DNA of 51,945 nucleotides from a plasmid, in sequence record NZ_CP027240.1. One strand, given 5' to 3'. The translations under genes and the position numbers were made by a program. The notes below the pieces were generated by a model. The model did no database searches, was not told the origin of the DNA, and worked only from the letters and a program-made list of their open reading frames with translations. Positions 19,546 through 28,507 of the stretch are shown piece after piece. Position 1 is the first letter of the stretch, and each line of letters opens with the position of its first letter.

Positions 19546-20271
19546 TCAGATGATGACACCGTTCGTCGCAAGCCACGACACCGAGTCGATCCACTGGCCG
19601 GCGGGGTTCTGCACGCCCAGGTGCAGATGCGGGCCGGTCGAGTCACCCCGGTTGCCGACTTCGCCGATCACCTGGCCGGCAGTGACCCGCTCGCCCACGG
19701 ACACGTAGTTGGCGTTGTTGTGGCCGTACTCCAGGAGGTAGCCGTCGTCAGTCTGGATGCGGATCCACAGCCCATAGCCGGCGGCGGGCCCGGAAGCCAC
19801 GACAGTGCCAGACTTGGCCGCGTACAAGGGAGTACCGATTGGAGCGCCGAAGTCGGTGCCACTGTGGTTGGAGCCCCACCGGGGGCCAAAGCTCGAAGTG
19901 ACAACACCGTCGGTCGGCTTGTGTGCGTCGACGCTGCCAGGCAGCTGCAAAGAACCGAGCCCGAGCTGATCTAGCCCGGGAATCTGGCTGGCGTACGCGC
20001 GGACCTGCTCGGCCCCGATGCCGTGCTGAGCGCCGACCTCCTGGACCATCTGTCCGACCTGGTCGAGATCAGACGATTGGGCGGAGGCGGTAGGCGTGGC
20101 GCTCAGTGCTGCACCGCTAGCAATCGCCGCGCCGGCCAGGGTGGTGGCAGCCATGCGGCCGATTCCCGCAGAGTGGCGGGCCCGATGCCGGCCGGCAGGG
20201 GACGCAGTGGTCTCGACACCGAGCGAGACCATGAGATCGGCGAACGGTACAGCCCGCGAAGAGTTCGACAT
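19546..20271 (-). CDS. M23-family metallopeptidase, secreted
   Basis: Signal-like N-terminus. HSGTDFGAP..., GNRGDSTGPHLHLGV motifs. Confidence 0.8.
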   Translation of the reverse strand: MSNSSRAVPFADLMVSLGVETTASPAGRHRARHSAGIGRMAATTLAGAAIASGAALSATPTASAQSSDLDQVGQMVQEVGAQHGIGAEQVRAYASQIPGLDQLGLGSLQLPGSVDAHKPTDGVVTSSFGPRWGSNHSGTDFGAPIGTPLYAAKSGTVVASGPAAGYGLWIRIQTDDGYLLEYGHNNANYVSVGERVTAGQVIGEVGNRGDSTGPHLHLGVQNPAGQWIDSVSWLATNGVII

Positions 20272-20492
20272 GCTGATTCCTTTGACGTGGTGATGCTTCC
20301 GGCTGGCCGCGGGCGGTCTCCGATTACTCTCGAAACGGTAACAGTTTCATATCGTCTTGTCTTGCGCGATCTCCGGAGACTTGAAACATCGCAGGTCAAA
20401 CCGTTGCTGGTCCGTGCGCTACGGTCGATCTGGCCATACGTCTTGGTGGCCAGGCGACAACGGGCTCGGGTAGACGTCCGTCCGAAGAATGT

Positions 20493-21764
20493 ATGAGGGA
20501 GTGGAATAAGGGGGCTCGTACAGTGGGGGCACAGACAAAACTGCAGCTGAGAGCTCGGGGATCGGGCCGAGCATGGCTGTTGGGCCCGGCCCTAGTCGCG
20601 GGTGTGGCCTACCTTGACCCTGGAAATGTTGCCGTCAACATGTCTGCCGGGGCTCAGTTCGGGTACTTGTTGGTATGGGTGCTTGTTGCGGCGAACGCAG
20701 CGGCGTGGCTGGTCCAGTACCTTTCGGCCAAGCTCGGGTTGGTTACTGGGTCGAGCATGGCTGAGCTTCTCGGTCAGCGCATCGCCAACCGGGCATGGCG
20801 TGTCCTGTATGGGTTGCAGGCCCAATGCGTCGCGATCGCTACCGATGTCGCTGAAGTCATCGGGGGCGCCGTCGCGCTGTGGATCTTGTTCGATGTCCCC
20901 CTTGTCGCCGGTGCTGTTATCACGGGAGTCATCTCCACAGGGCTTCTCTTGCTGCAAGCTCAACGTGGAGCGAGAACGTTTGAGTTCGCGATCATCGGCC
21001 TCATGCTCGTGATCGTCATCGGGTTCTGTTACGGCCTGTTCATTGCTCCGCCCGAGCCTGGTGCAGTACTAGGTGGCATGATCCCCCGCTTCGACGGCGC
21101 CCAATCGGTGTTGCTGGCAGCAAGTATTCTCGGGGCAACGGTCATGCCGCACGCAATCTACGCGCACTCCTCACTCGCCCGTGACAGGTTCGGTACAGAG
21201 AGGACCTACCCGCTTTCCCGGTTAATCAGGGCAACTCGGGTAGATGTGACTATCGCGTTGACGATCGCCGGGTCAGTGAACCTAGTGATGCTGCTTGTGG
21301 CGGCATCAGTGCTCCCCGGAGTGGCGGGCACTGAGACTATTGAAGGGGCTCACGCTGCGATCGAGAACACCCTCGGCACGACAGCCAGTCTTATGTTCGC
21401 AATCGCGCTATTGGCTTCAGGGCTCGCATCAACTGCCGTTGGCGCCTACGCGGGCAGCGACATCATGGGGGGCCTGTTTCGTACCCGGATGAAACTCCTC
21501 ACCCGCAGGCTCATCACCATTATCCCATCCATTATTGTGCTAGCAGCCGGGGTTGATCCCACGTACGCGCTGATTCTGAGCCAGGTAATTCTGTCGTTTG
21601 GCATCCCGTTTGCGCTGGTGCCATTGGTGTGGCTCACTTCCCGAAAATCCCTCATGGGCGCCTCGGTCAATGCGCGCGAAACAACATTCCTGGGCTGGGC
21701 GATCGCTGCTGTAATCATTGCTTTGAATGTCGCGCTGGTGGCTCTCGAGACGGGAATTGCCTGA
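20493..21764 (+). CDS. mntH: NRAMP-family divalent metal (Mn2+/Fe2+) transporter MntH
   Basis: 423 aa, 11 TM, conserved DPGN motif (VAYLDPGNVAVN) and GATVMPH. Confidence 0.85.
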   Translation: MREWNKGARTVGAQTKLQLRARGSGRAWLLGPALVAGVAYLDPGNVAVNMSAGAQFGYLLVWVLVAANAAAWLVQYLSAKLGLVTGSSMAELLGQRIANRAWRVLYGLQAQCVAIATDVAEVIGGAVALWILFDVPLVAGAVITGVISTGLLLLQAQRGARTFEFAIIGLMLVIVIGFCYGLFIAPPEPGAVLGGMIPRFDGAQSVLLAASILGATVMPHAIYAHSSLARDRFGTERTYPLSRLIRATRVDVTIALTIAGSVNLVMLLVAASVLPGVAGTETIEGAHAAIENTLGTTASLMFAIALLASGLASTAVGAYAGSDIMGGLFRTRMKLLTRRLITIIPSIIVLAAGVDPTYALILSQVILSFGIPFALVPLVWLTSRKSLMGASVNARETTFLGWAIAAVIIALNVALVALETGIA

Positions 21765-22213
21765 GTTACACCACCCTATGGTGCACCATTGTTGCTGCGG
21801 CATGTTGCACCGTCCGGAGGGGCTCCGCGTGGTGCGAACGCGTGGTATGAAACACGAGTCTCGACAACGGTCCGCAGGTGGCGACCTGCTCCACCATTCC
21901 GTCATTTCCCTGCGGTCAAGGTGGCGCAAGCAACGAAGCGCAGGCCCGAGATCCACCCACGCGCAGGTCGCGCTGGGGTTGACCGATACGAATGTGGGGA
22001 ACGGTTCGGTGGGGTACAGAGTTCGCGCGATCGGAAACTCGACACCATTAGCTTGTCATAAGGTCTGGTTAGCGGAGTCGCAGAAAGGCCCCAAGAATGA
22101 GGTGTGGCGGCAAACGTCTCCTTGGCGCAGTGCGCCAAGTGACTGGTTCTGGAAAGATGTCATGAGGAAGCCTTCTCTACGATTAGGCTCGCATAACCGC
22201 GAGGAGACCCGTC

Positions 22214-22444
22214 ATGTTTGGATTGTTTGGAAGACCCCCTAAAGGAGATCGTACGCCAGTTCATGAGTGCGGGTATGCCTACCCCCACCACAGTGATCAG
22301 CCTCATTACCATGTCGGACATCCGCGTAAGAAGACACAGTCAATGACTAAGGGCACTGGCCCCTTCGACGGTGATACCCGGTACGCGAACACAGGGGTTC
22401 CTCCTAGCCCTCCGGGCACTAAGAATCCTCCACTGGCCAGGTAG
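22214..22444 (+). CDS. Small His-rich hypothetical protein (76 aa) inside a low-GC island
   Basis: ATG preceded by GGAGAC. HECGYAYPHHSDQPHYHVGH His cluster. No family recognised. Confidence 0.25.
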   Translation: MFGLFGRPPKGDRTPVHECGYAYPHHSDQPHYHVGHPRKKTQSMTKGTGPFDGDTRYANTGVPPSPPGTKNPPLAR

Positions 22445-22523
22445 CAATAGAGGGGATGAGCGTCCCACTTCCAAGGAACTGGGACGTCGGCTTCTGTCGG
22501 CGGCGAGTTCTTTACTTTGGAGG

Positions 22524-24770
22524 CTAACTCTGGGTGTCGATGAGTCGGCCGTCGGCGGTGATTCCGCGTAGGACGTTCCCCGAGAACCAGACGGTTCCAT
22601 CTGCGGTGACTGCGATTGACGGGCGGGGGCTGTCGGTAAGGACGGTGGCCGCCGGCATGAGGTCGTTGTCCAGTCGCACTACGAGGTCCCGCGGGAATTC
22701 GCCCCGCGGTCCGATGTTGCTGACGATTTCCCGCAGACGCCACGGGTCCGGAGCCTCTGCGTTTCGCAGGTGCAAGGCGATCCGCTCGCCGTCAAGGGTG
22801 AGCCAGGGCCCGGTATTGGTCGACCCGGCAGAGTGCGCCCGATAGGGGAGCCGGTGGACAGTGGTTTTTCTGAGGGAGTCGTCGAACCGCAGGAGCAGAT
22901 CAGCACACAGCACCCATGGTCCCTCGGCGCTGCGTCCGACGGCAGTCGGAGGAACGGGCAGGCCGAAGGACGTCCCGACAGTCCACTGTCCCGAGTGGTC
23001 GTACACAGCGAGCCGGAAGCGTTGTGGCGCGGGAACAGGACCGAATCGGTGGCCCAGATCGTCGTTGTCGTCAGTGTCCTCGCTGGGTTCTCGTCCGATG
23101 GCGAGGAGCCCTTCGACTACCCGGTCCAGCGTGCATACGGTGGAGATTTCCGGGGGGAGCGTGATCGGGTCGATCTCGCCCTGAGTATCGAAGCGTCGGA
23201 GGGGCCTACCGGACGTCACGAGGTGGGGGCCAACCGTCACGGCGGAGCCCCAGCCCACGGCGCTCAGGTCGTGCAACTGCGCCGGCCCACCAGGGGCGGT
23301 ATCGACTGACCAGAGCGTCTGGGCGCGCTCGATCCAGAGGCCGTCGCTGCCGGCGTGCGGCGTGATCGCGCTCGAATAGACACTCACGGGCAGGGGAAGC
23401 AGGTGTTCCTCGGTCTGGGTTGGGAGTGCGCAATGGCGTCGTTGCAGAATCGGGCGGTGACGGTCGCCGGACCAGAGCTCGTCGCCGAGAGCCGACAACC
23501 CGCCTGGCTCGAAGTCGTTCCTGGCCCGGGGCGGCTGTGCGGCGTCCAGATCTAGATCCAAGGCCACGGCGATGGCCGGTGCGCTCCCCTCGGCTTCGTA
23601 GTGGGCCATCTGCGAATCGAAGTTGGGCGGGCACACTGGCTCGTCTGACCAGCCGTTGCCCGGTATCGAACCGGACTCGGGATCTGCTGCCACCGGGCCG
23701 GTGAGGCGGTTGACCCGGATTCTGGCGACGGCGGCGCGGGTGGGCGTGAACCAGTGGGCGGCCGCGGCATCATGGATGATCGCGAGGCATCCGGTGACCA
23801 CAACATGGCCCACCATCGGCCGGGGCGCAGACCAGGTGGCGGCCCAACCGTCCCCGCGGAGGATGGTGGGCCACCGCAGAACGCCGAAGTAGTCCTCATA
23901 CGGGGCGCCGGTACCGACCGGTTCGGCTCGGGCGTGAAACTCGGTGGACTCGACGCCCCGCGGAGAAGGGGCCTCGAAGAACGTCAGATATACCTCGATG
24001 GTCTCACCCACTCCCGGCGGTGACAGCTGACCGTCGGCGATCACGAGCTCGTCGAGCGTGACACGCAAGAGGCGTCCGCGTGGGTCGGCGGGCGCAGGGG
24101 CGGGGTCCGGTGCCGGGGTGATCGGGTCGGTGATTTGCAGGGGTTTCCAGTCGCCGCTGGGCTGGATCTGCTCAGGCGGATCAGCCCGGCCCGCCCAGCG
24201 GAAGACCGACTCATCAGCCTGTCTGAGTTCGAGGTTCTCGAGCCAGGCTTCCCAGGAGCAATCGACGGCGGCTACCCGGACGAGTACGCCGGTGCGCATG
24301 TCCACCGAGAGCTCGACGGCTCCGAATCCGTCTCCTGGATCTCCTGCCATCACCGCGACGGGCCGACCTTGGTGAGTGGATTGGCGGATGGGACCGGAGG
24401 GAAACCCGTACCCCAGCCCCTCCTCGGCATCGCTCGGCTGATCCACGAGCAAAGCGGCGAACCCGGAGGCGTTCGCGGACCTCACGCGGAACATCGTGGC
24501 GGTCTCATCGGGGGCGATCTGCCACACCGTCCCATCGTGAAAGAGCGTCCGTCTTCCGTCTGGGTGATCGAGGCGGACTCGAGAGCCTCCGACACGGGTG
24601 ATCCGGCTGCGACCCGGGCCGGCGTGCAGATTCGCTCGCGGATCGTCCATCACCCAGGACAGGACCGCAGGCGCCGGGGTGGTCTGCGGCTGCACCACGA
24701 GATCGGCTTCGAACTCGGCAGCGGCACCACGGGCGAGCAACTCGCCGATATCAGACCAAGTCGGTGTCAT
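22524..24770 (-). CDS. Large hypothetical protein (748 aa), no recognisable motifs, co-directional with merA and orf112
   Basis: Long uninterrupted ORF with coding-like composition. No P-loop, TM or known catalytic signature seen by eye. Confidence 0.55.
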   Translation of the reverse strand: MTPTWSDIGELLARGAAAEFEADLVVQPQTTPAPAVLSWVMDDPRANLHAGPGRSRITRVGGSRVRLDHPDGRRTLFHDGTVWQIAPDETATMFRVRSANASGFAALLVDQPSDAEEGLGYGFPSGPIRQSTHQGRPVAVMAGDPGDGFGAVELSVDMRTGVLVRVAAVDCSWEAWLENLELRQADESVFRWAGRADPPEQIQPSGDWKPLQITDPITPAPDPAPAPADPRGRLLRVTLDELVIADGQLSPPGVGETIEVYLTFFEAPSPRGVESTEFHARAEPVGTGAPYEDYFGVLRWPTILRGDGWAATWSAPRPMVGHVVVTGCLAIIHDAAAAHWFTPTRAAVARIRVNRLTGPVAADPESGSIPGNGWSDEPVCPPNFDSQMAHYEAEGSAPAIAVALDLDLDAAQPPRARNDFEPGGLSALGDELWSGDRHRPILQRRHCALPTQTEEHLLPLPVSVYSSAITPHAGSDGLWIERAQTLWSVDTAPGGPAQLHDLSAVGWGSAVTVGPHLVTSGRPLRRFDTQGEIDPITLPPEISTVCTLDRVVEGLLAIGREPSEDTDDNDDLGHRFGPVPAPQRFRLAVYDHSGQWTVGTSFGLPVPPTAVGRSAEGPWVLCADLLLRFDDSLRKTTVHRLPYRAHSAGSTNTGPWLTLDGERIALHLRNAEAPDPWRLREIVSNIGPRGEFPRDLVVRLDNDLMPAATVLTDSPRPSIAVTADGTVWFSGNVLRGITADGRLIDTQS

Positions 24771-24856
24771 GGCGCCAGCCTAGGTCGGCCTGACAGCGCG
24801 CTGGGCGCCGTCTTCGATAGGGGCTTTGGGTTTTCAGCCCCGCCAGAGAGGGAGAT

Positions 24857-25195
24857 CTAGCTATGCGGCTCAGGGTTGAGCTCATCATCGATGTCGACGA
24901 GATACTCCATCATGGCCGCAGCACGGTCGGAGTCCTCTGACTTGGCGAATATTTCATTGAGCAGCGCCTCGACAGGAATGGGTTTCGGCGCTCTTCGATA
25001 TCTGAGGTGAGCGCTGATCAAGTACATCTTCTGCTCGTCGTTGACGCATTCGAGGATGGGTCTCAGGTCGGCTTTTCGGGCGATGAACGATGAGGTGCCG
25101 AAGAGTTCGACGGCGGCGGCCAGAGTGACCCAGTCCCCTGAGTCCCTGAACTCCGTTAGAAGCGCTCGTGCGATGTGCTCCCGTTCGCCTGTCAT
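24857..25195 (-). CDS. Hypothetical acidic protein (112 aa), immediately upstream of orf748
   Basis: ORF-track ORF between merA and orf748. No recognisable domain. Confidence 0.45.
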   Translation of the reverse strand: MTGEREHIARALLTEFRDSGDWVTLAAAVELFGTSSFIARKADLRPILECVNDEQKMYLISAHLRYRRAPKPIPVEALLNEIFAKSEDSDRAAAMMEYLVDIDDELNPEPHS

Positions 25196-25503
25196 GCCCG
25201 CGCCAGATCCTCATACACCAGCGTCAGACCGCCGAGGGGCGGTCGACCCGCTGTGCCGACGCGGGTGCACGCCAACAGCCTCATGACTTGATTGTGTCTC
25301 ACGAACCCCGATCAGCAGTCGTTCCGCGACAACTAGGTGCGAGACGTCATATGAGACGCCGGAGGTCGCTGTCGGCCCATGAAGCGAACGTGCGCCCGGG
25401 CCTCCAACTGGAGTCTCGTAAAACTGTAGGTTTTTAAGGCACATTCACGGCGCCAGGCGGGCCGCCGCGGGAGCCCTCGTCCACCCCGCTGGGGCCGCGG
25501 GTT

Positions 25504-26904
25504 TCAGGCGCAGCATGACGTCGGCATCTGGTTTCGGAAGAGGCCGGCCACGATGCGCAGGCTTTCGCTCATGGTCAGGTACGGCGCCCAGGTGTCGGCC
25601 AGATCGTCGACGGTCATGCCGCTTTTGATGGCGTAGGTGGCCGCCAGCATGATCTCCCCGGCCCCGTCCGCCAGAGCGTGCACGCCCAGAACCTTGCCGC
25701 TCACGGCGTCGGCGACGAGCTTCACCGCCCCGCGGGTGTCGTGCTGGACGAGCGCCCGGGGGACATCGGACAGGTCCAGGACGCGGCAGTCGCACGCGTG
25801 CCCTCGGGTGAGGGCCTCGTCCTCGGTCAACCCCGCCGAGGCCAGCTGGGGCCGGGTGAACACGACCGCAGGAAAGCCGGCGTAGTCGACCCGAGCTGCC
25901 GGCGGGTACCTGTCCTCGGTCAGGGCGTTGAGCGCGGCGGCCCGACCGCCGGCGGCGGCGGCGTAGACGTACTGGGGAGCCCCCGAGACGTCACCGGCGG
26001 CCCAGACGCGCGGGTTGGAGGTGCGCTGGGTCTGGTCGACCACGACGAAGCCGCGCTCGTCCACGTCCACACCGGCAGCGGCCAGGTTCAGGCCGTCGGT
26101 GCGGGGCAGGCGTCCGGTGGCCACCAGGACCTGCGCGCCGCGCACCTGTTCGCCCGAGTCCGTGGTCACCACCACCTCTCCTGCGGGGCCTGGTTCGCGG
26201 GCCACAGTGGTCGCGCGCTCTTCGACCACGGTGATGCCGTCGTCGGTGAAGACTTCCCGAAGTCTCTGGGCCAGCTCCGGCTCGGCGTGCGGCGCCAGAC
26301 GCCCGACCACAGAGACCCGGGTGCCGAGGTGAGCGAACAGCTGGGCCTGCTCCATCCCGACGTACCCGCCACCGATAACGACCAGGGACTCAGGCAGCTC
26401 GGTCAGCTGCATCGCGGTGGTGGACGTCAGCCGGTCCACAGAGTCGAGACCGACCACCTCCGGGATGGCGGGGGTGGCACCGGTGGCGACCAGATAGGCC
26501 CGGGCCCGCAGCGCCTGGCCGTCGACGGCCAGGGTGTCCCCGTCCAGGAAGCTGGCCTGGCCTGGGCGGACCTGGAAGCCGTAGGCAGCGGCCACATCGG
26601 CGTACTTCGCATCACGCAGGCGCTCGATGAGTGCGTCCTTCTGGGCCACCAGATCGCCGAGGTTCACCGGTGCGGCTGACGTTGGGGCACCTTTGAAGGG
26701 ATTGGTGAGCGCGGCGTGCCGGGCCCCGGCGGCCGCCAGGAGCGTCTTGGACGGCACGCAGCCGATGTTCACGCACGTCCCGCCCAGAACACCGCGCTCA
26801 ACCAGCACGACGCTCTTACCGGCCTGGCTGGCCGCGATGGCGGCGGACATCGCCGCGCCTCCTGAGCCGATCACGGCCAGATCGACGTCGTAGTCCACAC
26901 CCAT
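25504..26904 (-). CDS. merA: Mercuric reductase MerA (core enzyme without N-terminal HMA domain)
   Basis: FAD motif GSGGAA. Redox-active GTCVNIGCVPSK. C-terminal vicinal Cys pair ...TSCCA diagnostic of MerA. Confidence 0.85.
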   Translation of the reverse strand: MGVDYDVDLAVIGSGGAAMSAAIAASQAGKSVVLVERGVLGGTCVNIGCVPSKTLLAAAGARHAALTNPFKGAPTSAAPVNLGDLVAQKDALIERLRDAKYADVAAAYGFQVRPGQASFLDGDTLAVDGQALRARAYLVATGATPAIPEVVGLDSVDRLTSTTAMQLTELPESLVVIGGGYVGMEQAQLFAHLGTRVSVVGRLAPHAEPELAQRLREVFTDDGITVVEERATTVAREPGPAGEVVVTTDSGEQVRGAQVLVATGRLPRTDGLNLAAAGVDVDERGFVVVDQTQRTSNPRVWAAGDVSGAPQYVYAAAAGGRAAALNALTEDRYPPAARVDYAGFPAVVFTRPQLASAGLTEDEALTRGHACDCRVLDLSDVPRALVQHDTRGAVKLVADAVSGKVLGVHALADGAGEIMLAATYAIKSGMTVDDLADTWAPYLTMSESLRIVAGLFRNQMPTSCCA

Positions 26905-26937
26905 TTGCCCACCTTCCTTCGCGTGACCCCTCTTCAG

Positions 26938-26952
26938 CGTCCATAGTGGACG
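26938..26952. promoter_or_regulatory. mer operator: perfect palindrome CGTCCA-TAG-TGGACG in the merA-merR divergent intergenic region
   Basis: Seen directly, ~35 bp upstream of the merA ATG and ~60 bp upstream of the merR GTG. Confidence 0.55.
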
Positions 26953-27009
26953 TTCCAGCGCAGGGGAAGGTCAAGGCGAACATGGACGAGAGCCGAGAAA
27001 GGGGCCACT

Positions 27010-27399
27010 GTGCGCATCGGTGAGTTGGCCGTGGCCAGCGGCACCACAACCAAGACGCTGCGCTTCTACGAAGAAGCCGGCCTACTACCTGCGCCTGAGC
27101 GCACCGCCAACGGATACCGCGACTACACCCCTGCGGCCCTGGCGCGCCTGGACTTCGTTCGCCGCGGCCGCACCGCTGGGCTCACCCTGGCCCAGATTCG
27201 CGAGATCCTCGACATCCGCGACGCCGGAGTCGCACCCTGCCAGCACGTGCACGCCCTGCTCGAAGCCCACCTGGGCGACCTGGACCGCCAAATCGCCGAC
27301 CTGCAAGCACTGCGACACACCGTCGCGCACCTTCACCACAGTGCCACCACCAGCGACCCCACCAAATGCGACACCACGACCGTCTGCCGCTATCTGTGA
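27010..27399 (+). CDS. merR: MerR-family Hg(II)-responsive regulator
   Basis: MRIGELAVASGTTTKTLRFYEEAGLL HTH. Conserved Cys (C..C...C) in the C-terminal part. Divergent from merA. Confidence 0.8.
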   Translation: MRIGELAVASGTTTKTLRFYEEAGLLPAPERTANGYRDYTPAALARLDFVRRGRTAGLTLAQIREILDIRDAGVAPCQHVHALLEAHLGDLDRQIADLQALRHTVAHLHHSATTSDPTKCDTTTVCRYL

Positions 27400-27641
27400 C
27401 CAGACCGGTGCTCGCGTGTATCGCCATGAGCAGATGCCGCCACAGAGCGTCGATAGAACCCCGCCATATAACGGCGAAAGCCACAGTGTTTTGCTATTTA
27501 TGAAACGCCGTCCCGTTGGGTCTAGGGTGTATTGATACATCTGCTCGGCGAAAGGGTCTTCTGGTGGCTGATCGGATCGGGACATTGCTTGACCGTTCGG
27601 GTGACGGTGGCGAGGAGGTGCTCATCGTCAGCCGCGGGAAG

Positions 27642-28364
27642 ATGCGGACTCGGTTCCGTCGCCGAGACGAGTTGGACTGGAGCCTTCGGGTGGAGTCAAC
27701 GGACTCGGAGAACATCGTCGAGGAGAAGCCGAAGCCGGATCCGACGTCGGCTCGCCGAGCCTCGCGTCCACGCGGTCAGCGGGTGGCGTATGTGCGGGTG
27801 TCGGCCGCCGATCAGAACGAGGCGCGTCAGCTCGAGGCGGTGGGGGAGTGCGACCGGGTCTACGTCGAGAAACAGTCCGCTCGCTCGCGTGCCGATCGCG
27901 TGAAGCTCGAAGAGTGCATTAGGTATCTCCGGGACGGTGACGAGCTGGTGGTCGCGTCAATGGACAGACTCGCTCGTTCCCTGGTCGATCTCAAGCAGAT
28001 CGTTGGTGAGGTCACTGCCAAGGGCGCGAGTGTGGAGTTTGTCCATGAACGGGCTACCTACGCCGCCGGCGCCCAAGATCCTCGAGCCGATCTGATGCTT
28101 TCGCTGCTCGGGGCGTTCGCCGAGTTCGAGCGGGCCATCATTCGTGAACGTCAGGCCGAGGGCATTGCCATCGCTAAGGCGAAGGGCAAGTACAAGGGTC
28201 GTAAGCGAGTCCTGACCGCCGAGCAGGTCGACAAAGCCCGGGCCCGCATCGAGGCAGGGGAGGGGCCATCAGTGATCGCCCGCAATCTCGGAGTTGGCCG
28301 ATCCACGCTCTACCGCGCACTACAGCGCGTTGAAGCGGGCGGGCGTGGACGCACCAGCCACTGA
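27642..28364 (+). CDS. Serine recombinase (resolvase family). Start chosen at ATG 27642; the track ORF starts at 27516.
   Basis: VAYVRVSAADQN catalytic motif, C-terminal HTH. Res-like inverted repeat TGTATTGATACA at 27528..27539 upstream. Confidence 0.8.
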   Translation: MRTRFRRRDELDWSLRVESTDSENIVEEKPKPDPTSARRASRPRGQRVAYVRVSAADQNEARQLEAVGECDRVYVEKQSARSRADRVKLEECIRYLRDGDELVVASMDRLARSLVDLKQIVGEVTAKGASVEFVHERATYAAGAQDPRADLMLSLLGAFAEFERAIIRERQAEGIAIAKAKGKYKGRKRVLTAEQVDKARARIEAGEGPSVIARNLGVGRSTLYRALQRVEAGGRGRTSH

Positions 28365-28507
28365 CCCCCGCCCTGAAGATGGTGGGTATCGCTAGCCACA
28401 GCAGCTCGACCGCCGAGATTCGGCACTCGGGAGGGACCGCGGTTCTTGCTGACCTTGCGCAGTTTCTCCAGGCACGAGTCAGTGCAGCCGGAAGCCGGAC
28501 GGGCCAC

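Noticed and set aside
21727-22242. 171-aa ORF following mntH
   Set aside because: Trp/Arg/His-rich, non-protein-like composition in a low-GC spacer. Retained only as a possible noncoding region.
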